Below are positions 48,419 to 61,705 of a stretch of DNA of 64,000 nt, one piece after another (the first letter of the stretch is position 1; each line of letters opens with the position of its first letter). Below the pieces are notes generated by a model. The model saw only the letters and a program-made list of their open reading frames with translations. It did not search any database and had not been told where the DNA came from. Source of the DNA: Psammoneis japonica. Lineage: Eukaryota. The stretch spans positions 335,939 to 399,938 of the forward strand of contig QPGO01000038.1 of assembly GCA_008632985.1 (NCBI GenBank), written 5' to 3'. Position numbers and translations under genes: made by a program.

Positions 48419-51400
48419 TCACGCCTTGCGTTCGGCCGCAAACATGCCAATATTCACCACTCCATCGGTAGGATCCTGCACTCCCAAATCATTCAACAAG
48501 TCAATCGCCCATCCACTCTTTTTCTTTCCTTGATTGGTCTTGTAGTGATAATCGACACGGCGACTCATGAATACAAGAGCTTGATCGCGTCCCACCGTGG
48601 CAAAGAGACCCTTGCCAGAACTGGCATCGCCGTCCTTGCCCACCAAAATGGAACGCAGTGCGTCGGGAGGAGTCATGTACAGTGTCACGAGCTCGCGAAG
48701 ATTGTCCCAATGAGAGTGGTTGCGGCCGGCGAGAAGCGCCACTCCACGAAGGGCGTCCACGTCGCGAATCAAAATGACGGCACCCACAGTCGATACGAGA
48801 TAGTGTTGGAGCAAACGAGCCACCAAAATGTCATAAAGGCGCATAGAGAGGGCGGTCCAGAAGGCAGACAGCGATTCGGCAGACAGCGCCGCTTGGACGT
48901 GTACAAACTGGCCACGCAAACAAAAGCAAAGTGACTTGACTGCCGGCGAGTTCGGCGTATCGAGAGACGCTCCAGCGGGAATGGCGTAAGGGCCCTATCG
49001 AGAGACAGTGCAGAAAGAGAAAGGTGAGATTCGAAAAGCGTGCAAGTCAACAAAAACCATTCCACAATAAGCTTACATTTGAGGTACCCGTAATGTGATG
49101 AAGAATACGGTTTCCGCCCGTGGCCAACATGCTCTCGCCACCCGTCACCAAGATCCACTGAATATGAGTGCTGAGTGTATCGAGCGCACGGAGAATCGCA
49201 GCCTCACCACGGCTTTCCAATTCGGCAAAGAAGCGTGCACGACGATCAGTGGCGGCTTGCATGCTTTGCAGGTCTTGAGAGTTGTTAAGAATCTCCCATA
49301 CACGAGCGCTTCCTTTTCGGTTCTCGGCCCACAGCTCCCGATCAAAGGCCTTGATGGCGCTGTGAATGCGTTCAATGCTTACCCAAAAAGCAGGATCCAC
49401 GCCGAGATCGTGGGGTGGCACGTTTTCGTCAAATGGCAACTGCGGCGGACCCGAGGGCGGAGCCTTGTTAAGTGCCTCGCCAAGACTCTCGAGAATAGGG
49501 TACATGAATGCGTCTCCGTAAAACGAACACATCTGATCGTAAATGGACGAAATCACGCGAGCCGTGTCTTCTCCGCCCTTTTCGCCCGAGCCAAACATGA
49601 GACAGGCGCGGGCCAACGAGTCTGTTGCATGAATGAGTGGTTGACGAAGGACGGATTGCTTGAGTGGGCCACTCAATATTTCCAAGAGTCCCTTCTTCAT
49701 CAAAGTCTGCTTGCAGAGCGGTAGCACCGGTGCTCGGTATTCTTCCATGATGAGTGGCCCACTATCGTCACGGGAAGTAAACCGATCGCTGAAGCGCTGA
49801 CGAGTCTGAGGTACCAGCAACGTGAAGCCCAGCTGGTCAATTGGAGAATAACAATAGTGATTCAACAAGCGAAGCTCCAGGTTCAAGTAGCCACGGCGGT
49901 GGCTGCCGCTCAAAGCACTCTCTTGCGAGGCAAGGAACTGAATGAGGGCTGTGGCAGCGTTCGATGTCGATCCGCCTTCCTCTCCACTGAATAACAAGAA
50001 AAAGCAAATAAAAAAGGAGGTCAGTCTCTGAACACAAAAAACTAAAATCTAAGGAACAAATTCCACTTACATGACTCCGTCTGCGTCCACCAAACCACCG
50101 CTGCTACTAACCACCATCTTCTTGGATGCGTCCTTCAAAAGATGAAACAAACCCGCTGCCTTTTCATGCATCACGACAAAGGTATCCAACTTCTTGGCAC
50201 CCGCTTCAAAGTCACCCCTTCGGTCAATGCTTTGCATCAAGCTATTGATTCGTGCTTGAAGGCCGTTGCGCGGGTCACTAATGACACGCTGAAGCAAGGC
50301 ACGCGCCACTTGCAGGGGCATGTCCTCGTTACCAACTGCCGCAGCTACCGCCGCGTCTCCGCCCTCTGGTTTCTGTCCAAACACGTGTGCAATCAGTTCA
50401 AACTCAGCCGTACATACTTCACTGACACGATGAAAGAGACTAGACAGGGCGCTTCTCGTCGCGTCCATATCGAATTCGGATTCATCATCACTCTCCTCTT
50501 CTTGCTGTTGCTGCTTGCCGGGTTTGAAAAGTTCGGGAAACCGCGACGTGACCACCATTTCCACATATCGTTTGTGCAGGTTTCGCCCAGAATCAAACAG
50601 CAACAAGGCTTGTGCAAGCTCTCGCAACTGTACCCAATCGATTCGTCCGGACTTGGTATTGTCGCTAAAGTCATAGGCACCGCCCTTGGTGTAAATTTCC
50701 GAAAAGGAATTCAAGAGACGGGCCTCCAGCGCCGAACTGGTTCGCGCAATCAAATTGGCCGTAAGATCAAATCTTCTAGAAGAATTTGGATCGGTCGGGG
50801 CGTCAAGCCCCGATACTGCCGCAGCCGCCGTGGCGGCATTGGCGCGACTCTTGACAACGGCCCTCAATTGCCGCAACGCCTTGGCAGCTTCCAAGGACTG
50901 ATCAGTTCTGGTAAAGAGCGGATCCATACGACACGATGCAACCGGAATCAAGCCTCGTACTTCCTCATTGACACGCAATTCTTCTCCCGACATGGCTTCT
51001 TGTTCAGCTAGATTCTCCATCATCCACCACCTCCGAATCAACATGGACGCCGATTCACACTGCCGACGCTTGGCTTCGGCGTATTCGAGCTGCTGACCAA
51101 TCTGCAACGCCGCCCGTCCCTTGGATCGAAATTGTTGCTGAATATCCTCGGCTTGCTGAGCCGCGTGGCGTGCAAACTTGCTGTGCGCCTCGAGGCGAAT
51201 CTGGTAGGCATCCTCCGCCTCGGCCGCGTCCTCGGTGGCATCCGCCACGGCCAACGACGTCAGATCCACCAGGGAACTGCACATTTGACTCGCCTGCTGC
51301 AAGACATCTGACATTTCTTCTTCCTACACCGTAACAAAATTTATGAAAATCGTGCGAGTGAGTGGAACCCTGAACCATACAGAGAACCAACACTTTTAAA

Positions 51401-51982
51401 AATACATAAGAGTCTTCTTACCTCTGATGATCCAATCAATAGTTTATCCAACAGCCCCAACAAGTCCAGATCGGCCTCTTCTGGACAATACACATAAAGC
51501 TCCAACACCCTCTGCCACCGCGCGAGTCGAATCTGCGTTCTCTCGGCTTGTGTCAATCCCGGCTTGTGTGCCACCTTGAGCTGATCTAGAATTTCCCTCG
51601 CTTGTGACTTTAACTTGTCGACCGCTTGCTTTCGTTCTTGCCGTCTCGCTTTGCGCGCTTGCATGTCTTCGTCCGTTTCAAAGTCATAGGTCCGAATCAG
51701 CTTGGCGTCTCGCTTGAGACCGGCCTTGATTCTCGCATTGTGCAACCGCACATCGTCTTGTGCGGCAACCAACAGAGCCTTCAGGGAGGATTCGTCCGAG
51801 ACGTTTCGTAAGTAATACAGCATGGGTTCCGTGCCGAGGGGATTAAAGAGGTATTCATCAGGAATCCATTCCATTACGTCCTTTTCTGGCGATGCCGCAA
51901 AGGGCTCAAACTGATCAATCTGTTCGCCATTGGCATCATTTCTTCGACCTGCTGCCGGTGTTTTATTCTGTCGTGTCGACAT
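48419..51982 (-). CDS. Exocyst component Sec10/EXOC5-like, four exons
   Basis: Four consecutive helical ORFs separated by intron-like gaps; C-terminal VSTVGAVILIRDV resembles Sec10. Confidence 0.72.
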
Positions 51983-52269
51983 GGCGGACAGTTATGGAAC
52001 GTGTCTCGAAGCTAGTGTCTATGAACGCAGTCTAAGCTTATGGGACGTGACAAAGGCAACACTTCGTCTTTATCAGAGTGCTATAACACACTAGTTTTCT
52101 TGCCAACGCCGCAATGGTTGCGGGCGACATTGTCTCCAACGCTCCCGTAGCACTAGTATTTTAACCCACTGTCACGTTGGATCTACAGAGGCAGGTACCA
52201 CAAATGAAATGATAATAATGTGAATAAAACTATACGTGATTGAAAAAATCTGAACGAATTGAATCGATG

Positions 52270-55200
52270 ACCTGTCCTGGCTCGGACTCGATGGTTGGCA
52301 GTTTTGTTCTCCATGTGCAACCCCCTCCATGAAATTGATGCTGCGGTTCTGGATGACAAGAGTGCAAGAGCAGAGGTTCTTGCCACTCATGGTTCAAAGA
52401 GAGGCTGACTCTTTGATGAAAGCACACTCTCCTTTTCAATGTTGCGTGGTTTGTGGTGGAGAGAGACTGACATGATTGACACCATTTGTGGCAAGTGCAC
52501 ATGGCTTCTGTGTGCAATGCATCATCACAGAGTTTGCTTCTCCTGAACCAGCAAGGCACATGAGATCCATGGCAAAAAAGCATTTTTTGGTGCTGTTGAC
52601 TCAAGAAGGATCATGAAATTTTCTTGGCCAGGCATCAGACATTGAACGGAGTCAAGTGCAGTTGTTTTGCTGTTGGTGCTCTGCTTCAGCACAAGGTGAC
52701 TTCCAAAAAAACCTTGTGTGCAATTGCTCCCCACTTTGTCAATTTGTAACAGAGCTCCCCAGAAGAAATCAAAAATGCCACCTCTTGTGTGAGCAAGAAG
52801 ATCAACATCTTCTCTTGGGGCTGCATCTGTTTTCTGGCACTGACAAAGCACATGATGTGTCGAGTCCAGAGCTGGGCTGACACATGTGCCCATCATTCAA
52901 GGAAATCACAGAGCAAAAGAGATTGGATGAGACACCCCACCCTTCTTGCCGACAGAACATGCCAACACAAGAAGCATGTTTAAGCAGCAGACAACAATTG
53001 CTGTGCACACACAGCATGCTCTCAGTTCTCAGTGCAACCCAGACAACAGGCCAGTGGTGCTCCGTGGTGCTGGTTCAAACAAGCAGTTGAAAACACAGTT
53101 GAGTGGAGCAGGAAGGAAAAGGCAGCAGTGCCACACAGGGCCAAGAGGAGCTGTGCAAGCTCTTCTGTCTTTTGTTGTTAAATGGAGTGGTGTGCTGTGC
53201 TTGTGGTTTTCATGCTCTGGGGGACAAAGTTGGTGGGGCAGCAGCTTTGGTTGTGTGGTGCTTTGTCAGCAATGTGAAGAGAGGAGAGGCCAGGCTGGAT
53301 GCTCCAGTCTTTTGCTCCACATTGTTGCAAGCATTCTTGCCTGAACATCCTTGTTCTTTGTGTCTTCTGTGAGAATGTGACCCTCACAATAAAACACCAT
53401 TGCATGTTTGTCCCATTCTCAAGCAAAATCTCAACAACACGTGCATTGTTCCTTCTTGCTTTTGTCGTTGGGGTTGAGAATGTCCATGTTGGACCCAGCC
53501 TGCTGTGTGAGCCTTCTCAGCATGTTGGCACAACCTCTGCAGTTGGCTCAGCTTGCCGTGGGCATTGAAAACTCAACCACATGCCAAGTGTTCTGTGTGC
53601 TTCTGCTCACAGTGGCAGAGTGTTGCCCATGTCATTGGGCTCAACAATGGGCCATGTGCTGCATGTGCCACACAGCAAGCTGCAGACAGAGAATCTAAAA
53701 TTTGAGCACATGCACATGCTGTCAACTGAAGGATTGCTGCATTCCATCAATCTGTTGGTGGACAAACAGCTTGACATGACCAGATTTTTTTCAAAATTTT
53801 AAGCTCTTTGCCAAATGTTTTCTGAGCTCTTCTGCCCTGACTGTGTCAGAGCCTTGGCTTTGTTCTCCCCTTTGTGCAGAACACAGCCATCTGGAGCACT
53901 TCAATGCAGAAGGCATGGGAGAAAAAGAACATTCCTGTCAAAAACAGTTTGACCCAAAAAGATGCAGAAGAAACAGAACAATCCTGTCCAGAGTGCTTTG
54001 AATGTTGTTTGGCCCTTGCCCCCCCCCCCCCTCTCTGGCTCTGGTGGATGAAAAAAATAAACAGCTGCAACACACAAACAGAAATGAGTGCACTGGCTGG
54101 AGGAGCAACAAAACAAAACACAACAACAAAACAACATTAACAACTTGGCACAGGTGAGGACATGGACATTCTGGATGTCATCTGCTGGGCCACAACAGGC
54201 ACACAGAGAAGGTGGTTGTGATGGCAGTGCTTGTTGCCATGCACTGCCTGTTTCTAAAATCAAGTTTGCTGCATTTTCTGTCTTGAGAACATCATCCATG
54301 ACCCCTCTCATCTCAATGTTGAAAGCACCAAGATCAGTGGCTCATCTTTGTCTTTGTTCACCTTCTTCTTGCAACTTGGCCAACAAGAGAGCTGCAAAAC
54401 TCTTGGCAAATCTCTTGCTTTCCTCAGCACAGTGGCAGGAATGGCAGCCCAGGCCTGGCTGTTGTTCCCAAACAATGAGTGTGCACTCAAGTTGCCTTTG
54501 TTGGCCTGAGCCCCACAAGACAAAGATCAGCACAGGCATTTTGATTTCATCAAACTTGGTTGGGTGGTGGTGTGGCTCAGCATGTGCTTGCAGCTTTCCA
54601 ACAAAACACCCATCTGGGCTGTGGCTCTCATCCTTGTCAGCTCCTCTGGAGATCCAGTGAAGACTGTTGATGCAGAAGCTTCTGCCAGTTCAGGAACAAG
54701 CAGGCTCTTGCTCTTTAAAAGAAAAAATCACTTTGACCTGGCTGCTTTTGGTGACAAGCCTTTGGCATTCCTGACATTTCAACTCATGACAGATGCTGCC
54801 ACTCCTGCGCTGTGCCTGAAGAATGGACTTGACAAAAGAGCATGAACAATGGCATGGGTGCACAAAAGAGAAGAGAAAGAAAAAAATTGCATGCTTCACT
54901 TTGTGTTTTGTTGTGAGCAACTGCAACTCTGCAGCTCTTGGACTTTGTGGTACAAAACACCCACACAAGTGTGCTTGGGTGAAACTCAAATTGTGGCAGC
55001 TGTGCAGCACAACTTTGTTTTGTGTTTGTTGGCTGTTCTGCTCTTGGACTCATGGAGACAACAGTGCCCCAGCAGGTGGCAACATGATTGCTGTTGCAAG
55101 CAAGGTGTGAATGATGAGAGATGGCCACAAAATTGTGTTGCTTGAGCATTTTGTTGGAGGTTTCTGAAGACACAATGGCGCTTTTGGGTGGAAGATCACT

Positions 55201-55500
55201 GCAGCACTCACATTTTTGTTGAAGGGCTCTCAAGCCTGAGTGTGACAGCAAAGCAAAGTGCAGGGCAGTTTGAAGATTGTGGCAAAAGCAATGAGAAAAA
55301 TGAGGCTGCTAAAACAGGAACCTCACATTCTTCAGTGTGCTGCAATCTGACTCTGACTCACTTCCTTTCTCAGCCAGCAGCCAACAGCAGCACTCCTGAG
55401 TGCAAAGCTCCAACCAAGTGCTTCTCTTGGACAAGTTTGTTGTACACACAGCCCACTCTAGCTAGAGTGGCTGGCTGGCATGTCCACTGAAATGCGTCGA
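52270..55500. other. TpA-depleted hypermutated block E with unidentified degraded coding remnants
   Basis: TA nearly absent; protein-like remnant on the minus strand at about 54130-54560 (EESKRFAKSFAALLLAKLQEE...). Confidence 0.9.
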
Positions 55501-55606
55501 AGCTGGCAGTCTGCCCGTCGACCATCATTGCTCTCTCATCATCACGCATCGCAGATCGCATCATGCAGTAATAAGTGTTGAACGATCGCCATGACAATAA
55601 CAAAAG

Positions 55607-56794
55607 ATGAATATGAACGACAGTGGCGACTCTAATCCAACAGTAATACGTGACTTGTCAGGGTTGCGAAAGAAAGCATCGAAGATCTTATCAGAGTTGG
55701 ATGAAGAAATCAAAACCCAAGAAGCAGAAACAACAGCATACAAGTCTTGGGTTCGTGGCCACGTTGATCTTGAAAAAGAAGAACAAATAAAGCTTCCAAC
55801 AGAATCATGCCGTTTCTTTGATTTGAATGGGTTTCTAATGATAAAGAATTTTGCTCTAGCGCTCGAAATTGACGATATGAAGTGCCAAATGCAAGAGCTG
55901 ACTCGAGACTGGAATCCCTCGCAGAAGACTGCATCGTTTCGTACCGATGAAGAATCCAACAAGACGCAGGGATCGGACGATTACTTTTTGGAATCCGCAT
56001 CACGAGTTCATTTCTTTGCGGAACCACATGCCTTGAATGAAAACGGAGAGCTATTGCCAGAGTATCAGGGAGACAATAAGATGAATGCTCTCAACAAGGC
56101 GGGTCACGGTATGCACATGATACCCGGGGCTTTCTCCGATTATTGCACCAGCACCAAAGTACGCGAGTTGGTTTCCAGTTTGGGTTGGACCGATCCGGTA
56201 GTACCACAAAGCATGTATATATTTAAACAAGCGAAAATCGGTGGTGCGGTGAACTCTCATCAAGATTCCACCTTTCTGTACACGACGCCACGACAATCGT
56301 GTTTGGGTCTGTGGCTAGCTCTCGATGACGCCACGTTGGAGAATGGATGTCTTTGGGTGAGACCCAAGTCGCACTCCGAGTCGGTGAGACGTCAATTTTG
56401 TAGGAATCCAGAATACTTTGGACAAGACGCCATTAACGCTGGTTCCAATGTTGCTACTGGGGATTTGCGCAAGGACAAAATGATCATGGAGCATTTAGTG
56501 GAAGATCACGAGGTGCCTTGGGAAGGACTCTTGCCGGACAATTCGGAATTGCCGCATTGTAAAGGACTCTTGGATGCAGGATTTGTTCCAGTCGAGTGTC
56601 AAGCCGGTGATTTGCTGGCCTTTTGCGGCGAGTTGGATCATTTGAGTCTCCCCAATCATTCCAATGCTCCACGACACACCTTTCAGCTGCATCTCGTGGA
56701 GGGACCCGAGGCGGGAGTCACGTGGTCAAAACAGAATTGGTTGCAATATCCTCCGGACAAGCCTTTCTTGAGCATTGCAGGAAGTAGCGACTAG
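55607..56794 (+). CDS. PHYHD1: Phytanoyl-CoA dioxygenase domain protein (Fe/2OG oxygenase)
   Basis: DYFLESA, LNKAGHGMH, QSMYIFKQ, HQDSTFL, GLWLALDDATLENGCLW, distal HLS..N.S..PRH. Confidence 0.9.
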   Translation: MNMNDSGDSNPTVIRDLSGLRKKASKILSELDEEIKTQEAETTAYKSWVRGHVDLEKEEQIKLPTESCRFFDLNGFLMIKNFALALEIDDMKCQMQELTRDWNPSQKTASFRTDEESNKTQGSDDYFLESASRVHFFAEPHALNENGELLPEYQGDNKMNALNKAGHGMHMIPGAFSDYCTSTKVRELVSSLGWTDPVVPQSMYIFKQAKIGGAVNSHQDSTFLYTTPRQSCLGLWLALDDATLENGCLWVRPKSHSESVRRQFCRNPEYFGQDAINAGSNVATGDLRKDKMIMEHLVEDHEVPWEGLLPDNSELPHCKGLLDAGFVPVECQAGDLLAFCGELDHLSLPNHSNAPRHTFQLHLVEGPEAGVTWSKQNWLQYPPDKPFLSIAGSSD

Positions 56795-57193
56795 GCCTAC
56801 AATTATTTCAGGGACACTGAATAGGGGTTGTATAGCATGTTGGCATATGCATGCATGCGGTCGAAAGGTTGTGTCCTCTACTGTTCCAAAGACAGAGACT
56901 ACGCATTCTGCACTAGTAAAGTTAAACTAGACTACCGTGTTTTCCGTAAGTCAAAACCTAAAAGCCCTACAAGCCGTTCTCAGGCATTGCCACATAATGC
57001 CGCACGTTCATTGTGGTGAAGAGGAGGCGCTACCGTACCGACACTTGGACCGCGAGGGAAAATTGTTGGGACAATACACAATACAGTAGTTGCTACACGC
57101 TACACATGCAGAGAATGCCAGCAATCGCTTTCTAGGATATTGTAACGTACTTATGGGTTCCAAATTATAGCCCCTGCACTGTAGAGGAACAAA

Positions 57194-60100
57194 CTATGGT
57201 GTCGTGCTTTTCTTGTGGTACCTTTTCCGTACATATCGCTTCAGAGCGTCCCGCTCAATTGCTCTTCTAGACTTCATACCCGGTTCACTCTTTGTCGTGT
57301 CGACGGATGCAAAATCACTCGCCCGACTGTCAACATCAAAATCGTGAAGCCATTGCGTGGCTTCTCCCAAGTTGGCGGTTTCCGTAGACATGGAATCGTC
57401 CATATGCCGCGGTGAACCAAAAATACCCTCTTCTTCCGAATGGTGTTCACGAATCGAGGGGAAGCCATTGCTCTTTTCGTCCATGGGTATGAAACCACTG
57501 TCTTCAAATCCATGGTCTCGATTGACACCGTTCTTCTTTTTTGTTGGCGACGATCTTGTTCTTTGCATGTCGCGTGTACGCATCTCGTCCTTGAGACGAG
57601 CCACTTCCATGTTTTTGTCACGCAACTCGGCTTCCAGCTGACCCTGTCGAGCAACCAAATCATCATTCTTGCGAGTCAAATAGTCTACATTAGCGCTGAG
57701 TTCATCAATCTTGGCTGCAAACTCAGCATGACGCTGAGAAGAATCGCGGTGCGATCGCTCCTGATAATAGCTCTTGATTTCTTGAGCCGATGCAATAGCC
57801 TTGGTCGCAATCGTCTTGGCGTGCTCCAATTCCTCCTCGCGCTTTTCCAGAATCTCCGTCAGTGAGTCGAGTTCCTCATCGCGATGTGATACCTCTTCAA
57901 TCAATTGCTCTACGGCGTCGTCCACTTGGGCCTTTTTGTCCTGTACTCGCTTGAGCTCCCGAGCTGTGCTTTCCAATGATTTTTCTGAATCGGCCAAGCG
58001 TGCTTCCAACTCTTTCATAGTTTCTGGAAACTGTTCCTCCTCGGATTGCTTGGTGCTAAGAGTCGTCTCCAAGTCCTTGATGGTTTCTTGCAATTGACTC
58101 GTTTCCGACTCTCTCGTCGCGGACTGCTTTTGGGCGGTTTCCAACGAGACTTTTAGTTCGTCCAGCTTTTTACGCAACTCGGCGGCGTCTTTTGCCTTTT
58201 CTTCCAACTGAGACTCAAGATTGGAAATGGTAGTCGTGTGGTCTAGTTTCGATTTCTCAAACTCCTCCTTGGTCCTTTTCAGTTCCTCCGAGGAATCATT
58301 CTCATCCACTTGCTTTTCCATATCCACAAGTTTCTCCAACACGGCTTCATGCTTTTCCTTGAGCTTGGCCAATTCCTCTTCGTTGCTAACCTTTTGTTTG
58401 GTCAAGAGTTCCACACTCTTGCGTGTCGTGGCAACAAGGATTTCCAATTCCTTGACCGAGTCCAGTTTGCCCTGCTGCTCCGCCAGTTGCTCTTCCAGAG
58501 ATTTGACTTGCTCTTCCTTTTCCTTGTTGTCCGCCTGCTCTTGCTCGAGTCGTTCTCGCGTGGTTGCCAAGTCTCGTTTCAAAGTCGTCACATCGTGCTG
58601 CAACTTGACGCCCACGGCCGACGACTCCTCGTCGGCCGTCGCGAGTCGCTCTTCCAATTGTTCAATCGCGGTGCGTTTCTCTTTCAGAGTCGATTCGGAG
58701 GCTTGCAACTTTCCTTCCAACTTGGCAAGCTCGACTCGGAATTCCGCTTCGATCGCTTCGTGTCGAGCAGATTCGGAAACGAGTTCGTCCTTGACACTGG
58801 CCAATTGACTCTGCCATTCCTTTCGTTGCTGCTGTTCCTCGTCACTCGTAGACTTCTTCGCCTCTGCAAGTGCCTTTTGCGCTTCATCCAATTCCTGTTG
58901 GAGTTGCGTCGTACTCGTATCGGACAATTCCTGCAAGGCCAGTAGCTCCGAATCCTTGCGCGCCAAGTCGGCTCTCAATTTGGTTTCCGTCGCCTTGAAT
59001 CGCTGTCGTTGCGACGCGAGCATTTCCTCTTGTGCCGCCAAATCCTCGGCATGCTGTGCTTCCAATTCCGTCACACGCGCCACATGCCTCGCTTCCGCTT
59101 CCAACGATCGTTCTTGGACATGATTGAGTTTGGTTTGCTTTTCCGTCACGTCTCGTATCGCGCGTTCCAAATCCTCCTTGACGCGTTCCAATTCGACATC
59201 CGACTGACTCGCCTTGCGTTCCCATTCCCGCGCGACGCTCCGATCCTTGGTTTGGAATTCCACTTGTCGTCTCATGTTTTCTTCCGCCGCTTCTTCGTAC
59301 CGTTGATTGGCCTTGGCGAGTTCCTCTTGAACCGACGAGAGCAATCCCTGGTGTTCCTTGAAGATATCCCGCCGCGCCGCCTCCACCTTTTGTTGGAGTT
59401 TCGTTTCCATTTCTTGTTGCTGTTGTTCGATATCGTTCGCGTGTCGTTCTCGCGACAGCTTTAATTGTTCTTGCAGCGCCACAATGCGGCGTTCGTATTC
59501 TTGCACCTTGTCTTGCTGCGCGCCCACCAATTCTTCCAATCGTCGTCCCTCCTTTTCTTCTTGAAGACGACGTGCTTCCGAAATGTCTTGTTCGTGCTTG
59601 GTAGTCAAGGACTCGAGTTCCTCCCGCAAGGCTTGGACTTGTTCGTCTCGATCCTTTTGGACCGTCTCCACTTGATCCTTCAAGACAGCCATTTCCGAAA
59701 CACGCTGCTGATCTTGCGTTTCCAAATCTTGATTGCGTTCTCGCAACAAGGCCAATTCCTTTTTCAACACGACCAATTCCGACTCGTAGCTTTGTTCCGA
59801 TTCGTGTGCTTCCTCTCGCTGAACTTGTACTTGTTGATGCAACTCTTGCATGGAATCCGTCTGATCTTGAATCGTTTGATTGGCCGTTTCCAGTTGCATA
59901 CTCACTTCGGCCAATTGCTCTTCGTAGTGTTGTTCCTTTTCTTGCACGGCACTATTGTGCGCCGTCTTGATGCTTTGCACCTCACGCTCCAATTCTTCAT
60001 ACGCTTGACTCTTTTCTTGCAATTCATTTTCCAAACAAATGATATCGGCACTGGACAGTTGCAATTTCTTTTGCACAGCCGTCAATTCTTGTTCGTGTTG

Positions 60101-61258
60101 TTGTACCAATTGCATCCGTCCCTGCCGTACCTTATCCATGGATTTGTCCAATTCCAATTGTACCGTTTCCAAGGCACGTTCCAACACCTTGATGCGTTCA
60201 TTGGCTTCGGCATGAGAGGAAATTTGGTGCTGGAATTCGTGACACGACTGTTGCAAATCGTCACATTGCGATTGGAGGACTTCGTTTTCTCTCACCAACG
60301 TTTGTACGTGCAATTCCAAATCGGTCCGATTCATACCGGCAATGCGACGGGGATCCAAATTTTTGCGTCTCGATGATGATGTATTATTGGAGGAATGTGA
60401 CTTTGGCGTTCTGGGTGATTCGGCCGCTTCGAGTTCATGAAAAAAGCGAACTTCATCGAGTTCTTGTTTTAAATGAGAAATCTTACCACTGGCCTTGGTG
60501 AGACGAGCGGATGCTTCTTGTTCTTGGCGTAGATTCGAATTGCTTTTCTTATTGAGTCCATTGGCATTTGAAGCATGATGCTGACTTTTGCTCTTGTGTT
60601 GTTTGGAAGGAGAAGAAGAAGTAGCACTGTTGTTGTTGTTATTGTGCATTCGACCGTGTGTTTGATCGAGAAAGGACGATTGATGATGAATCGGATGCTG
60701 ATTCGATGATTCTCGTCGTATTCGTCTTGACTGTGCTTGTTCTCGCTTTTCCCTCAAATCCAGAATCGCTCGTGTCACCGAATCAGCATCTTTGGGTTGT
60801 GATGATGGTGATTTCTGTTTAATGATAATTTCCGACGGAGCCGCACGCGGTGATACAGGCTGCTGCTGAGATGATGGAGACGATGCATCCCACTGATGAG
60901 AACGTCGGTAGGGAGAGGGTTTGCGTCCACCATGATTGCTATTGTTATTGTGTGTCAATATCCGTCCCGTCGATATCGGTCGTGGGCGTTCATGGCGGCG
61001 CTGTGATTGCTGAGTAGTAGTATTGACATCGCGTCGGAGAGGTGGACCTGACATTAATCTCGTGTTGCTGGTCGACTTGGCTCGTGTTGCCGTAGACGAA
61101 CGAGTCGTCTTGCTTGAACGTGTGGAAGGAGGATGACGCGGTTCCCAATCATGACGTGATGAGGATGATGGCATTTTAGGTTGTGGATGTTGTTCCCAAG
61201 ACGACGGCGACGACTCGTCTCGAGAAGTAGAGCGGTACTGGCTGCTTCCCACCACCAT
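57194..61258 (-). CDS. Large coiled-coil protein with a disordered N-terminus
   Basis: Uninterrupted ORF over 1300 aa with E/Q/K/L heptads; first ATG in ACCATGG context at 61258. Confidence 0.85.
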   Translation of the reverse strand: MVVGSSQYRSTSRDESSPSSWEQHPQPKMPSSSSRHDWEPRHPPSTRSSKTTRSSTATRAKSTSNTRLMSGPPLRRDVNTTTQQSQRRHERPRPISTGRILTHNNNSNHGGRKPSPYRRSHQWDASSPSSQQQPVSPRAAPSEIIIKQKSPSSQPKDADSVTRAILDLREKREQAQSRRIRRESSNQHPIHHQSSFLDQTHGRMHNNNNNSATSSSPSKQHKSKSQHHASNANGLNKKSNSNLRQEQEASARLTKASGKISHLKQELDEVRFFHELEAAESPRTPKSHSSNNTSSSRRKNLDPRRIAGMNRTDLELHVQTLVRENEVLQSQCDDLQQSCHEFQHQISSHAEANERIKVLERALETVQLELDKSMDKVRQGRMQLVQQHEQELTAVQKKLQLSSADIICLENELQEKSQAYEELEREVQSIKTAHNSAVQEKEQHYEEQLAEVSMQLETANQTIQDQTDSMQELHQQVQVQREEAHESEQSYESELVVLKKELALLRERNQDLETQDQQRVSEMAVLKDQVETVQKDRDEQVQALREELESLTTKHEQDISEARRLQEEKEGRRLEELVGAQQDKVQEYERRIVALQEQLKLSRERHANDIEQQQQEMETKLQQKVEAARRDIFKEHQGLLSSVQEELAKANQRYEEAAEENMRRQVEFQTKDRSVAREWERKASQSDVELERVKEDLERAIRDVTEKQTKLNHVQERSLEAEARHVARVTELEAQHAEDLAAQEEMLASQRQRFKATETKLRADLARKDSELLALQELSDTSTTQLQQELDEAQKALAEAKKSTSDEEQQQRKEWQSQLASVKDELVSESARHEAIEAEFRVELAKLEGKLQASESTLKEKRTAIEQLEERLATADEESSAVGVKLQHDVTTLKRDLATTRERLEQEQADNKEKEEQVKSLEEQLAEQQGKLDSVKELEILVATTRKSVELLTKQKVSNEEELAKLKEKHEAVLEKLVDMEKQVDENDSSEELKRTKEEFEKSKLDHTTTISNLESQLEEKAKDAAELRKKLDELKVSLETAQKQSATRESETSQLQETIKDLETTLSTKQSEEEQFPETMKELEARLADSEKSLESTARELKRVQDKKAQVDDAVEQLIEEVSHRDEELDSLTEILEKREEELEHAKTIATKAIASAQEIKSYYQERSHRDSSQRHAEFAAKIDELSANVDYLTRKNDDLVARQGQLEAELRDKNMEVARLKDEMRTRDMQRTRSSPTKKKNGVNRDHGFEDSGFIPMDEKSNGFPSIREHHSEEEGIFGSPRHMDDSMSTETANLGEATQWLHDFDVDSRASDFASVDTTKSEPGMKSRRAIERDALKRYVRKRYHKKSTTP

Positions 61259-61705
61259 GGAGCTCGTCACTTGTGCTGTGTGAGACGAAGTGCTGTTGCA
61301 AAAAGGATGACGGCGCGGCTCCGCACTCGTGAGAAATTTCAATCATAAGCTTCATGCTTTCATATGTTGTTTAAAAATTGGCTGCCGGCATGCATGTGCT
61401 AGGCGATATGACCTTAAAATATTTCTAAGCATTAATACTTAGATAATCATTCTTCACATATCAGCGATGTTAATGAAACCTTCAATAACATACAATAGGA
61501 TAAAATTGAATCGGGGTTTGTGCGCGCAAAATATTGCTCTGGTATGAATTCTACGCAACGGAGAATTTGGCGGGAACCGTTACTCGATGACTCAACGAAT
61601 CACGAATGACGTACAAAAATGTGTCTGGCCGGCGTCCATCAACATGCCGATGCGATGGCGCCAAGTGTCACACTCATTCATCACTACTTCTACTTGGGAT
61701 CAACC

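Noticed and set aside
55607..56794. Fe/2OG dioxygenase as the DNA-modifying enzyme behind the TA conversion
   Set aside because: Its motifs match ordinary PHYHD1, not TET/JBP or AlkB; adjacency to block E is not evidence.
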